Shown here: in pieces, positions 28,668 to 37,926 of the stretch | Layout: the number at the start of each line of letters is the position of its first letter | Numbering within the stretch: position 1 is the stretch's first letter | Program-made: the position numbers and the translations under genes | The notes under the pieces: model-generated | What the model saw: the letters and a program-made list of their open reading frames with translations, nothing else | The model's database searches: none | What the model was told of the DNA's origin: nothing | Assembly: GCA_023229865.1 (NCBI GenBank) | Contig: JALNYL010000009.1 | Location: forward strand, 1-40,374 | Origin: Minisyncoccota bacterium | GTDB taxonomy: Bacteria > Patescibacteriota > Minisyncoccia > Phycocordibacterales > UBA1550 | Reading direction: 5' to 3' | DNA: 40,374 nt

Positions 28668-30848
28668 ATGGCGGTTAAGAAAACTACTGAGGCAATCCTC
28701 CCCACTACGCCCCTCGCGGATGTTTTTCGTCTCACCGAGCCACAGAAAAAAGGGCTTGCGAAGATCGGAATCGTGACGGCATATGACCTCCTCTATTACT
28801 TCCCCACACGCTACACAAGCACAGCAGAGATCAAGCACATTGCCAATCTTATCAAAGGCGAGGATGCCACCATTTACGGGCGTGTCGTGTCTTCAAAAAC
28901 ATCAAAGGGGTTCAAATCGAAGATTCCCATGACGGAAGCGGTTATTGAGGATAGCACAGGGCATATCAAATGTGTGTGGTTTCATCAGGCATACATTTCC
29001 AAAATGCTGATTGAAGGCTCGATGGTCAAACTCTCAGGGCACGTCGAGGAACGAAGTGGCTCGCCTTACCTTGCCAACCCTGACCTCGCGCGCACTAAAG
29101 AGCTTCCTATTGGCTCCACTGATTCACTCTTTCAAAGCGAAGATGAAACTATTTTTTATCCCGTATACCCCGAGACCAGAGGCATCACTTCACGTTTCAT
29201 CTATCATCATATTCAAAAACTTTTTAGTAAGGGTATTCTCGAAAACATTGTCGATGCGATTCCTGCGGACATCCTCGCTCGCTATCACCTCCCCACACTG
29301 ACGACGTCACTTGTATGGATACACACTCCACAAAAAGAGGCTGATGCATTGTCTGCGCGTAAGCGTTTTGCTTTTGAGGAAGTGTTTATGATTCAACTCG
29401 CGCGACAACAAGAACGTGCGCTCACGAAAGAGCACAGTGGTTTCAAAATAGTTCCCGAGAAAAATGCACTCGCAGATTTTACGGCGCGATTCCCTTTTAA
29501 GCCAACCGCTTCACAAGAACACGCTCTCAAAGATATTTTTGCTGATTTTAAAAAAGGTATTCCGATGGGACGCCTCCTTGAGGGAGACGTAGGATCGGGT
29601 AAAACATTTGTCGCAGCGACTGCTGCATATGCGACCGTGACCACAGCGCCACTCGATAACAAGTTTGGGAATCTTCAGGTGGCCTACATGGCACCAACGG
29701 AAATCCTCGCGGAACAACATTTCAAAAGCTTTATTGAGTACTTCAAAGATACAAACATTGAGATAGGTCTTCTCACGGGGAGTGGTGCAAAAAAGTTCCC
29801 TTCCAAATCTGACCCAAACGGAGCAACGTCAATTTCTCGTGCACAGCTTCTCAAGTGGGTCGCGGAAGGAAACCTCCCTATTCTCATCGGCACACACGCA
29901 CTCATCCAAAAGAGTGTGCAGTTCAAAAATCTTGGACTGGCTATTGTCGATGAGCAACACCGCTTCGGCACCGCACAACGTAGCAAACTCGCAAAGAAAG
30001 ACGAGGTTCTTCCTCATTTCCTCTCAATGACCGCGACGCCGATTCCTCGCACCCTTGCGCTCACCATCTATGGCAACCTCGACCTCACACTCCTCGATGA
30101 GATGCCCGCGGGACGCCTCCCTATCAAAACAGAGCTTGTTACAAAAACAAATCGCTCAAGAATGGAGGAGCATATTCGTGCCGAAATAAATAACGGTCGC
30201 CAAGCATATGTCATCTGTCCTCGTATCGACGAACCTGACCCAACCAAGGAAGCTGCGCTCAATGCAAAGTCAGTGATTGCCGAAGCGGATCGTATCGCAA
30301 CCGATGTGTTCCCTGAATTCAACGTCGGTATCCTCCATGGCAAAATGAAGCCTGATGAAAAAGAATGGGTAATGGAAGAGTTTAAAAAAGGTGCGATCAA
30401 CATCCTTGTCGCAACCTCAGTCATCGAAGTCGGTGTGAATGTTCCCAACGCAACCATCATCGTGATTGAAGGAGCAGAGCGTTTTGGACTCTCACAACTT
30501 CACCAGCTTCGTGGACGCGTCATCCGTAGCAACCATCAAGCCTATTGCTATGTACTCACGGACAGCACAAACGAGGTTTCACAGAAGCGTCTCAAGGCAC
30601 TTACCACAGCGAAGAACGGTTTCGAGCTCTCCGAGCTCGACCTCACCCTCCGTGGTGCAGGTGAACTTTCTGGGCGCAAACAATGGGGCATCTCCGACCT
30701 CGGCATGGAAGCAATAAAAAATATTAAAATGGTCGAAGCCGCGCGGACTGAAGCGGCACGACTCATCGCGGAGGACACTTCTCTTTCAAACTACCCCCTC
30801 CTTCTCGACACAATCCTAAAAAACCACCGCGATACGCATTGGGAATAA
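28668..30848 (+). CDS. recG: ATP-dependent DNA helicase RecG
   Basis: RLLEGDVGSGKT, APTEILAEQH, DEQHRFG, MTATPIPRTL, QLHQLRGRV; N-terminal wedge/OB. Confidence 0.98.
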   Translation: MAVKKTTEAILPTTPLADVFRLTEPQKKGLAKIGIVTAYDLLYYFPTRYTSTAEIKHIANLIKGEDATIYGRVVSSKTSKGFKSKIPMTEAVIEDSTGHIKCVWFHQAYISKMLIEGSMVKLSGHVEERSGSPYLANPDLARTKELPIGSTDSLFQSEDETIFYPVYPETRGITSRFIYHHIQKLFSKGILENIVDAIPADILARYHLPTLTTSLVWIHTPQKEADALSARKRFAFEEVFMIQLARQQERALTKEHSGFKIVPEKNALADFTARFPFKPTASQEHALKDIFADFKKGIPMGRLLEGDVGSGKTFVAATAAYATVTTAPLDNKFGNLQVAYMAPTEILAEQHFKSFIEYFKDTNIEIGLLTGSGAKKFPSKSDPNGATSISRAQLLKWVAEGNLPILIGTHALIQKSVQFKNLGLAIVDEQHRFGTAQRSKLAKKDEVLPHFLSMTATPIPRTLALTIYGNLDLTLLDEMPAGRLPIKTELVTKTNRSRMEEHIRAEINNGRQAYVICPRIDEPDPTKEAALNAKSVIAEADRIATDVFPEFNVGILHGKMKPDEKEWVMEEFKKGAINILVATSVIEVGVNVPNATIIVIEGAERFGLSQLHQLRGRVIRSNHQAYCYVLTDSTNEVSQKRLKALTTAKNGFELSELDLTLRGAGELSGRKQWGISDLGMEAIKNIKMVEAARTEAARLIAEDTSLSNYPLLLDTILKNHRDTHWE

Positions 30849-30891
30849 AAGAAAACAGACGACTTTTGGTCACCTGTTTTTGTTCCACAAC

Positions 30892-31422
30892 TCAAGTTGC
30901 TTTAGCATCGATAAGTGCCACGAGCGCCTTGGTGGTTGGTTCGTCAATCAATTTATAGTTTCGCCCAAGTCGTCCATTCAATGTGACATTTTTGTGAACA
31001 CCGGGGCGATATCCAATTTCTGGATTTATTAATTGAGCTATCTCAAATGTAATCAGGAGAGCAAAATCAATGAGTCGCGATTGCTTCATGTCGGCATGGA
31101 CTATCGGACTTTCTTCTTCCCCTGATTTGCGCAGAACAGAGAAGTAACCGATGAGGTACTGATTCCCTCGCCATAACGTTCTAAAGAAAAGCACGTCTCG
31201 TGGTTGAATCGCCTTTCGGAGACCGCAGTGACAACGACTATATGTCCCGTCATCAAAATTTGGATCTTTCTTGATGTAGTAGTCTTGTTCAGGGATTTCA
31301 TCAATGCGGAGAAGTCTGCGAATCGGTTCATCGGTTTTTTTGCCGTTCCGTATCCGCAACACACCACGCTGAAATGTCTCTTTCGTCCAATCACTAAAAC
31401 AATACGTCACGAAGCCTTTCAT
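30892..31422 (-). CDS. Hypothetical protein resembling nucleotide-modification-associated domain (Nmad2/Nmad3-like); likely start 31422
   Basis: DPNF..GTY..C...LR..I...DVLFF......YLIGYFSV pattern recognised by eye; GGAGGT SD before MKGFVTY. Confidence 0.5.
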   Translation of the reverse strand: MKGFVTYCFSDWTKETFQRGVLRIRNGKKTDEPIRRLLRIDEIPEQDYYIKKDPNFDDGTYSRCHCGLRKAIQPRDVLFFRTLWRGNQYLIGYFSVLRKSGEEESPIVHADMKQSRLIDFALLITFEIAQLINPEIGYRPGVHKNVTLNGRLGRNYKLIDEPTTKALVALIDAKAT

Positions 31423-31549
31423 TGCCCACCTCCAATAAAAGAAAGAATCTTTCCCCATACTAGCTTAGTTTAAATTTAAATCAAGCCAGCAATCGCTATC
31501 GATGTATCTCATTTAGGACAAACAAAAAAAGCGGCAAAATCTGCCGCTT

Positions 31550-31954
31550 TTACACAACACACACCCAAAGGTTGAGCATTCGCTTTCTCCCTTGCTCCTT
31601 AGAAATGAGCGAGAAACCGATGTGTTCGTAAAACTTATTTGAAGCATTATCCACAGGACACTTCAACTGAATTGGTTTTGGTATTTGTGCTAAGAGAAGT
31701 TTCCCAATGCCGTCGCGTCGGGAATCATTTCTCACGCAAATCTCATACACCGTATTCCATTCGTCGCGACGATGGTGCCACCTCACAAACCCAACTATTT
31801 CACCATTCAACTTGCACGCAACAAATAATTCTTGATTCTGTATAGATTCCTCAAAAATGGGTCTTACGATGAAGCCAATCTCCTTTTTATTAGCATCGGC
31901 AATTTTCTTTATTGCGGGCAAATCCTCAGGGTAAGCAATGCGCACGTTGACCAT
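31550..31954 (-). CDS. GNAT family N-acetyltransferase
   Basis: VRIA...DL..I, IVGFV, ICV...RRDGIGKLLL (acetyl-CoA motif A), SNKFYEHIGF; AAGGAG SD; hairpin at 31527-31550. Confidence 0.9.
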   Translation of the reverse strand: MVNVRIAYPEDLPAIKKIADANKKEIGFIVRPIFEESIQNQELFVACKLNGEIVGFVRWHHRRDEWNTVYEICVRNDSRRDGIGKLLLAQIPKPIQLKCPVDNASNKFYEHIGFSLISKEQGRKRMLNLWVCVV

Positions 31955-32047
31955 CTTATTTCTCCTTTAGTTACAAATCTTTCCCCATCCTATGCTAATT
32001 TTGCATAAAATCAAGACCGAACAAGAACCAAGATATTTGATGTTTAC

Positions 32048-32393
32048 TGTCCCTCCACCAGGACTAGCATCCAAGACATGACCTACTTTTGTTTATGTCC
32101 AAGACACGTGCCCAGGACACAGCTCTGCTGACCTACCAGCTGGTTCGGAACCGGACCCGCGGAGATATACGAGTACGTATAATGTCGTCGCTCGCCCGAA
32201 CTGCAATTCTTTGTCCACCCACTTGGACTTGAACCAAGGACCGCGGAGATATAAGCTCCGTGCTCTAACCAACTGAGCTATGGGTGGACAAAAAATTTCA
32301 ATCGGGGCTCGCTAGACATTATAAGCTCCGTGGTTGATTTAGCAAAATCATGCCTTGGGCCTAACCAACTGAGCTATGGGTGGACAAAAAATT
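32048..32393 (-). pseudogene. Fragmented outer copy of tRNA-Ile(UAU) surrounding the intact gene
   Basis: 32361-32393 = 32265-32297 (33 bp exact); 32320-32332 = 32250-32262; 32157-32169 = 32241-32253; 32048-32065 matches 32212-32229 at 14/18; fragments are collinear. Confidence 0.75.
32214..32287 (-). tRNA. tRNA-Ile(UAU)
   Basis: CCACCCATAGCTCAGTTGGTTAGAGCACGGAGCT-TAT-ATCTCCGCGGTCCTTGGTTCAAGTCCAAGTGGGTGGA; all four stems pair. Confidence 0.9.
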
Positions 32394-32485
32394 CTAAAGA
32401 AACGCTATTTAGCCCCCATATTATACCAAAATAAGGAAAACTAAAACTTTTAAAAGTGCCACTTGCATTATGCTATAATAATCGC

Positions 32486-33439
32486 GTGGAAACCCCAACC
32501 CCTATTTGGACAAAGATTTTGTTTGCTCTCGCAATAACGGGAGCTTTGAGCGCAGCTGGGTACGCTGGATATACTGGCTACGAAAATTACAGAACTCTCA
32601 AACAGGCAAAAATCTCCCTCGAGCAGGAGCTTGAAAAAACAAAACGAGAGGCTGTATCTATGTCTGAAAAATTTGCTTCTACGACAGCTGAGCTTACAAC
32701 CAACATCGAAGATCTTAAGCAACTTCTTTCAGCTACTAATGTCGACAGGACAAATGCCCTACAAGACCTTCTCCATCAACAAGAAGTCCTCGATGCAATG
32801 TCAAAAACGCTCGGCGTGTATGAAAAAATTGTAACCACCGACAAGGAACTTCTCGTCAAATATTCTCGCGTATATTTTTTGAGCGAAAACTACAGCCCAA
32901 GACATTCAGTCACCATTCCCCCTTCGTACACACAAGAACCGCTAACAGAAAAACTCTACCTCGCCGAAGCGTGGCCATTCCTCAAGCAGATGCTCGATGA
33001 CGCTGCCGCACAAAATGTTGATTTAAAAATCCTTTCCGCATATCGATCTTTTGACACGCAAAACAAACTCAAAAACACATACACCGTCACCTACGGCACA
33101 AGTGCAAATAAGTTTTCTGCTGATCAAGGATATTCAGAGCACCAGCTCGGCACTGCAATAGACTTTACCACCGGAGCCCTCGGCACAAAATTTAGCACAT
33201 TTGAAAAAACTACGAGCTACGTGTGGCTCACTGAGAACGCCTACAAATACGGCTTTGTGATTTCTTATCCAAAGAAAAACGCTTATTATATTTTTGAACC
33301 TTGGCACTGGAGATTTGTTGGTAAAGCCCTCGCCCTCAAGCTTCACAACGAAAACAAAAATTTCGTTGACCTCTCTCAACGCGAGCTCAACGAATTTCTG
33401 TCTACCCTTTTTGATAGCACCCCTGAAGTTACTAAATAG
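32486..33439 (+). CDS. Membrane-anchored D,D-carboxypeptidase (VanY/M15B) with coiled-coil stalk; likely GTG start 32486
   Basis: SAYRS, SEHQLGTAID, EPWHWRF; N-terminal TM plus coiled coil. Confidence 0.9.
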   Translation: METPTPIWTKILFALAITGALSAAGYAGYTGYENYRTLKQAKISLEQELEKTKREAVSMSEKFASTTAELTTNIEDLKQLLSATNVDRTNALQDLLHQQEVLDAMSKTLGVYEKIVTTDKELLVKYSRVYFLSENYSPRHSVTIPPSYTQEPLTEKLYLAEAWPFLKQMLDDAAAQNVDLKILSAYRSFDTQNKLKNTYTVTYGTSANKFSADQGYSEHQLGTAIDFTTGALGTKFSTFEKTTSYVWLTENAYKYGFVISYPKKNAYYIFEPWHWRFVGKALALKLHNENKNFVDLSQRELNEFLSTLFDSTPEVTK

Positions 33440-33442
33440 TAA

Positions 33443-33841
33443 TTAAAGTACGAAACGCACCGTAGCCATCCCCCACGTAAGAAACGCCGAGAGTGTGCAC
33501 CAGAAACACCATGCGCAAATAACACGCGCTTCAAGGTACACGAAGTAACACGAGAGGAGCGCCCCGCCGAGGAGGACCATGTACTCAATAGGAATTAGAT
33601 ACGAGAATGTACACCCCGCGAGAAATGCGAGCTCAATGATTCCCACGAGAGTATAGAAAATTATTCCAAGAATATCATTCCCGACGCCGCAAGTTTTACT
33701 ATACGGGCTTTCCCAAACAACCGAGCACCCATCTCCAATGGGGCACACTGGTGGACGCTTTTTTGTACGCTCAGCAAAGAGATAGATGGTTACCATCTCG
33801 CCAATAATCGCCAAAATCAAAACAATGAGGTGTATGTTCAT
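33443..33841 (-). CDS. Vitamin K epoxide reductase (VKOR) family protein
   Basis: CPIGDGCSVVWESPYS, CFWC, four TM segments. Confidence 0.88.
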   Translation of the reverse strand: MNIHLIVLILAIIGEMVTIYLFAERTKKRPPVCPIGDGCSVVWESPYSKTCGVGNDILGIIFYTLVGIIELAFLAGCTFSYLIPIEYMVLLGGALLSCYFVYLEARVICAWCFWCTLSAFLTWGMATVRFVL

Positions 33842-33843
33842 AA

Positions 33844-35805
33844 TTATGCAGTTATTTCTTTGTTCAACTTCTTTGGTGTAATACCATTTGCAATGAGGAG
33901 TTTTTCAAATTCTTCGCGTTCGATTGATTCCTGGACAATGAGTTCGCTTGCGATACTGTCGAGTGCTTTGCGATGCTCTTTGCAAACCTCGCGGGCACGA
34001 GCAAATGCATCGTTCATAATCTTTGAGACCTCGGCATCAATCTTTGCAGACACATCTTCTGAGTAATCACGACTGTCCACTCCGCGTCCACCAAAGAGTG
34101 CGCGACCACCTGTCCCCTCGAGGGCAACGGGACCAAGCTTTTCTGACATACCATACTTGGTCACCATGTCGCGCGCGAGTGCTGTTGAAACCTGAAGGTC
34201 ATTTGAAGGGCCTGTCGTCACATCACCAAACACCATCTCTTCCGCAACGTACCCACCGAGCGACATTGCAATATCATCCAAAAATTCTTTGCGCGACTGG
34301 AGGCGGTTTTCTTCAAGAGGAAGCTTGAGTGTGTACCCCCCTGCTCTTCCGCGTGCGATGATAGAAATCTTGTGCACAGGATCAGCATGAGGAAGTACTG
34401 AGGCAACGAGTGCATGCCCTGCTTCGTGATATGCGGTAACTTTCTTCTCTTCTTTTGAAAGAATGTGGCTCTTGCGCTCAGGCCCCATCATCACTTTCTC
34501 AATAGAGCGGATGAAGTCAAACTGAGCAACCGTCTTGCGCTCTTCGCGCGCAGCGAGAATAGCACCTTCGTTCATAAGAGAGAAGAGGTCTGCTCCCGAG
34601 AATCCCGGTGTACGCTCAGCAATCACCTTCAAATTGACATCCTCCGCGAGTGGCTTCTTGCGCGCGTGAATATTCAAAATCTCTTCACGTCCTTCACGAT
34701 CAGGAAGATCGAGTGTCACACGACGATCGAAGCGACCCGGGCGAAGAAGTGCTGGATCAAGTACGTCAGGACGGTTTGTCGCTGCCATCACAATAACTTT
34801 TTCTGATGGCTCAAATCCATCCATCTCCACGAGAATCTGATTGAGTGTCTGCTCGCGTTCATCATTGCCACCCCCCACGCCGCCACCACGCGCACGTCCT
34901 ACCGCGTCGATTTCGTCGACGAAAATAATTGCGGGCGCTGCTTTCTTTGCCATCTTGAAAAGATCACGAACGCGCGACGCACCAACACCGACAAACATCT
35001 CCACAAACTCTGAACCAGAGAGATAGAAGAACGGCACCGCAGCCTCCCCTGCTACTGCACGTGCGAGAAGTGTCTTCCCCGTACCTGGGGCACCCATGAG
35101 AAGCACACCTTTGGGAATACGCGCACCAATGTCCAAAAACTTTTGCGGGTTGCGAAGGAAATCTACGATTTCAATAAGCTCCTCCTTTGCCTCCTTTGCT
35201 CCTGCAACATCTTTGAAGGTAACTTTCTGCGCTGTGTCGCTTGGGTCGATGATGCGCGCCTTTGATTGACCAAAGTTAAGCGCTTGCATACCTGCGCCTT
35301 TGACCTGACGGGTGAGCATCCAAAATACCAACACGATAAGAATTATCGGGAGGAGGAATGGGAGCATATTGAGGAAGTAGTAACCGAAACCACTTTCGTT
35401 TTTTACCTCAACCTCAACTCCAGAAAGTTTCTCTGCGGGGACGCCGTAATTCACGAGCGTTTGAGAAAGAGACGATTCGACTTCTTTCTTTGATTTCTTT
35501 TTTGAACCATCAACATACTCTGCGTTGATCATTCCACCCTCAACAACAACTTTTTTCACCGAGCCGGCTGAAATATCTTGAGCAATTTTTGAAACAGAAA
35601 CTTCTTCCACCTTACTCTTGTTGCCAATGATTGCAGAGTAGAGTGTCGAGAGAATAAGGAACACCAAAACTGCGGTGAAAAAATTAGAGAGAAACTGTCC
35701 CATGGGGGGCATCGCAGGGAGCCCGGGGATTTTCCCCTTGTCTCCTTTATTCTGCGAATTCTTCCCTTTTCCCTTGGTTCCTTTTTTGTTGTTTAAACTA
35801 TTCAT
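33844..35805 (-). CDS. ftsH: ATP-dependent zinc metalloprotease FtsH (likely start 35805)
   Basis: Two TM segments, [30 protein letters not shown]. Confidence 0.98.
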   Translation of the reverse strand: MNSLNNKKGTKGKGKNSQNKGDKGKIPGLPAMPPMGQFLSNFFTAVLVFLILSTLYSAIIGNKSKVEEVSVSKIAQDISAGSVKKVVVEGGMINAEYVDGSKKKSKKEVESSLSQTLVNYGVPAEKLSGVEVEVKNESGFGYYFLNMLPFLLPIILIVLVFWMLTRQVKGAGMQALNFGQSKARIIDPSDTAQKVTFKDVAGAKEAKEELIEIVDFLRNPQKFLDIGARIPKGVLLMGAPGTGKTLLARAVAGEAAVPFFYLSGSEFVEMFVGVGASRVRDLFKMAKKAAPAIIFVDEIDAVGRARGGGVGGGNDEREQTLNQILVEMDGFEPSEKVIVMAATNRPDVLDPALLRPGRFDRRVTLDLPDREGREEILNIHARKKPLAEDVNLKVIAERTPGFSGADLFSLMNEGAILAAREERKTVAQFDFIRSIEKVMMGPERKSHILSKEEKKVTAYHEAGHALVASVLPHADPVHKISIIARGRAGGYTLKLPLEENRLQSRKEFLDDIAMSLGGYVAEEMVFGDVTTGPSNDLQVSTALARDMVTKYGMSEKLGPVALEGTGGRALFGGRGVDSRDYSEDVSAKIDAEVSKIMNDAFARAREVCKEHRKALDSIASELIVQESIEREEFEKLLIANGITPKKLNKEITA

Positions 35806-35876
35806 AATGAGGTCATTATAGCACACGCCCCTTGCTACCAAAAAGAAAAGGCTTGCGTGGGGCAAGCCTTTGTTTT

Positions 35877-35993
35877 TTACTTTTTCTCCTTGCGAGTGTC
35901 ACGTCGCCATATCAGAAAGCGAAACACACCTCCTATAAAAATCCCCACGAAGAGGATTGTTCCCATCGCATTCAAAACGTCCATCGTCGTCAT
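35877..35993 (-). CDS. 38 aa single-TM small protein
   Basis: Manual translation MTTMDVLNAMGTILFVGIFIGGVFRFLIWRRDTRKEKK*; GGAGG SD, TTGACA promoter, hairpin at 35847-35876. Confidence 0.6.
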   Translation of the reverse strand: MTTMDVLNAMGTILFVGIFIGGVFRFLIWRRDTRKEKK

Positions 35994-36124
35994 AGTGGCC
36001 TCCGTTTAAAACATTGAGAGAACAGCTACCCACAAGCCTACTCTTATTTAAAAGACTGTCAACGGAGCGACCAAATTAAAAAGGCGGCTTCACGTAAGTG
36101 AAACCGCCCATACTTCTTGTATTG

Positions 36125-36268
36125 TTACTTCGCACGCACCATCGATGCGACAAACAGCAGACCGCGTCCAACTTCCCACAGAAAGCGCAGGAGGAAGTAC
36201 GTGCCGATGCCCGCGAGAGCGAGGCCTGACAGCGCGGAAACTCCGAGCCAAAACAGGGGGTCTTCCAT
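36125..36268 (-). CDS. 47 aa hydrophobic small protein
   Basis: MEDPLFWLGVSALSGLALAGIGTYFLLRFLW...; AGGAG SD, TTGACA-17-TAGCAT promoter, hairpin at about 36078-36108. Confidence 0.6.
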   Translation of the reverse strand: MEDPLFWLGVSALSGLALAGIGTYFLLRFLWEVGRGLLFVASMVRAK

Positions 36269-36366
36269 GATTTTTCTCCTAAAATGGTTACTGGATATTT
36301 CTGGTACAATGCTAGCATAAATATATATATTTGTCAATAACCCCTTCCCCCTGCTATTATTAGCCC

Positions 36367-36813
36367 GTGGCCCTTATTTCGAACAAAAAAGCACACTTCA
36401 ATTACGAGGTACTCGAGCGCTACCAGGCGGGTATCGAGCTTTCGGGTTCTGAAGTAAAGGCGCTACGCGCAATGCATGGATCCCTCGATGGCTCACACGT
36501 AACCGTGCGCGGCGGTGAGGCGTTTTTAATCGGAATGACGGTAAACCCCTACCAGCCTGGGAACATGCCAAAAGGCTACGATGCGACACGCAATCGTCGC
36601 CTCCTTCTCACAAAGGAAGAGATCGCTGAGCTCGGCGCGCAGGAGTCCAAGAAGGGATTGACAATAGTGCCACTTTCAGTGTATAATAAAGGCCACAAAC
36701 TCAAGGTAGAAATCGCAATTGTACGTGGCAAAAAAGAGCACGACAAGCGCGAAACGATTAAAAAACGTGAAGCCACAAGGGATGTGATGCGTGATATCAA
36801 GGACCTCCGTTAG
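36367..36813 (+). CDS. smpB: SsrA-binding protein
   Basis: NKKAHFNY, AGIELSGSEVKALR, RRLLL, RGKKEHDKRE. Confidence 0.97.
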   Translation: MALISNKKAHFNYEVLERYQAGIELSGSEVKALRAMHGSLDGSHVTVRGGEAFLIGMTVNPYQPGNMPKGYDATRNRRLLLTKEEIAELGAQESKKGLTIVPLSVYNKGHKLKVEIAIVRGKKEHDKRETIKKREATRDVMRDIKDLR

Positions 36814-36862
36814 GAAGTCCGCACGCAAGAGAACTTTGAAAATTTAGTTCGCATTTTAATAC

Positions 36863-37284
36863 GGGGATGACCGGCCTAGACAGGCGGTTCCCTCTTCTAA
36901 GTGCTATGCCGAGAATGCTCGAGATCTCGTAAACTTTCGAGCACCAACCTAGTTGCAAAAAACAACCTCGTTGCAAAAGCCAAGGCTATCGTATCACCAT
37001 ACTTTGGTGCTAACGCCTTCGCTCCTGCTTACGCTCTCGTAGCCTAAACAGCATGCGCCCTCGACACGCCCACAAGGCGAGATGCGCGTGATATACAAAA
37101 GTGGGCTCATTGCTTTGAATGTCTCTACAAAGTGAAACACCATAGAGAATCGACAGTGTATAATTTTGAATACTTTATATATACATTGTTCAAATGAGAT
37201 TTCGGTCTTAACATAAGTATTCTATGCATAGTAGACTCTCCGAAGAGCATCGTCTGCACGGGAGTTCGATTCTCCCCATCTCCA
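36863..37284 (+). ncRNA. ssrA: tmRNA
   Basis: GGGGATG.../CATCTCCA acceptor stem with G3:U70, T-arm GGGAGTTCGATTCTCC, internal tag ORF 36955-37047 ending YALVA*; directly after smpB. Confidence 0.95.
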
Positions 37285-37292
37285 CAGAATAC

Positions 37293-37332
37293 AAAAACCG
37301 CCATCGAGTCTCCTCGATGGCGGTTGTGTTTT
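37293..37332. terminator. Bidirectional terminator after ssrA
   Basis: AACCGCCATCGAG-tctc-CTCGATGGCGGTT with flanking A/T tracts. Confidence 0.8.
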
Positions 37333-37765
37333 AGTAGTCGACGTACCCACAGGTGGTGCACACGGACTTGTAGTCCGACTCACGCTGACGGAATACACCA
37401 GGGCAATTCTTGCTGATATTAAGCGAGCCCATAAAATTGTAGCGATTTTCCTCGAAAACCTTCTGGGTGGGCTCAAGGAGACTTCCAGAAACATATCCCC
37501 GCTTTTCTGCCTCCCATTCCGCCGAGGTCTTGGACCAGATGCCATACCTCAAGCTTCTCAATCCGAGCGGCCACGACGCCACCTTCATCGGCTCTCCTTT
37601 TACATAGAGGTCGCCTTTGGGTAACCCTGCCTCCTTTTCGAGATTGCGGAGGCACTCATCCCGACTCGCACCAAATGCGTCAAAACGAAGATGTTGCGGT
37701 GGGTTGAAGGCAGTGTGGACATCCTTGGCAACTTTCCCGAAAAAACTGAGAACTTTCTCAAACAT
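37331..37765 (-). CDS. Hypothetical protein with C-terminal Cys motif
   Basis: 144 aa; GAGGAG SD; NCPG...CTTCG end. Confidence 0.7.
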   Translation of the reverse strand: MFEKVLSFFGKVAKDVHTAFNPPQHLRFDAFGASRDECLRNLEKEAGLPKGDLYVKGEPMKVASWPLGLRSLRYGIWSKTSAEWEAEKRGYVSGSLLEPTQKVFEENRYNFMGSLNISKNCPGVFRQRESDYKSVCTTCGYVDY

Positions 37766-37926
37766 TTTCTTCTCCTCAATGTGTGCTACGTTTTAGAAAG
37801 TAACTTCTCTCGGCAGTCTGCCAGAAACAACAATGGGTGTCAACGTTTCCCGTTGCTAAGCATAAACTTCTGTGTTAGATTCAAAACAGCAAACAGGTAG
37901 TCCTTTTAACCAAACGGAGGTGGCAC

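Noticed and set aside
14359-30894. Alternative genetic code (UGA = Gly)
   Set aside because: Conserved genes translate full-length in code 11, and TGA ends pilD at its expected C-terminus
32048-32393. CRISPR array or group I intron interpretation of the tRNA-Ile repeats
   Set aside because: The repeats are pieces of the tRNA itself with no regular repeat-spacer period. There are no cas genes, and the inserts are too short for a group I core.
37110-37225. AT-rich stretch inside tmRNA as a possible insertion
   Set aside because: The 422 nt length is largely explained by the long tag, and no boundaries or duplications are visible
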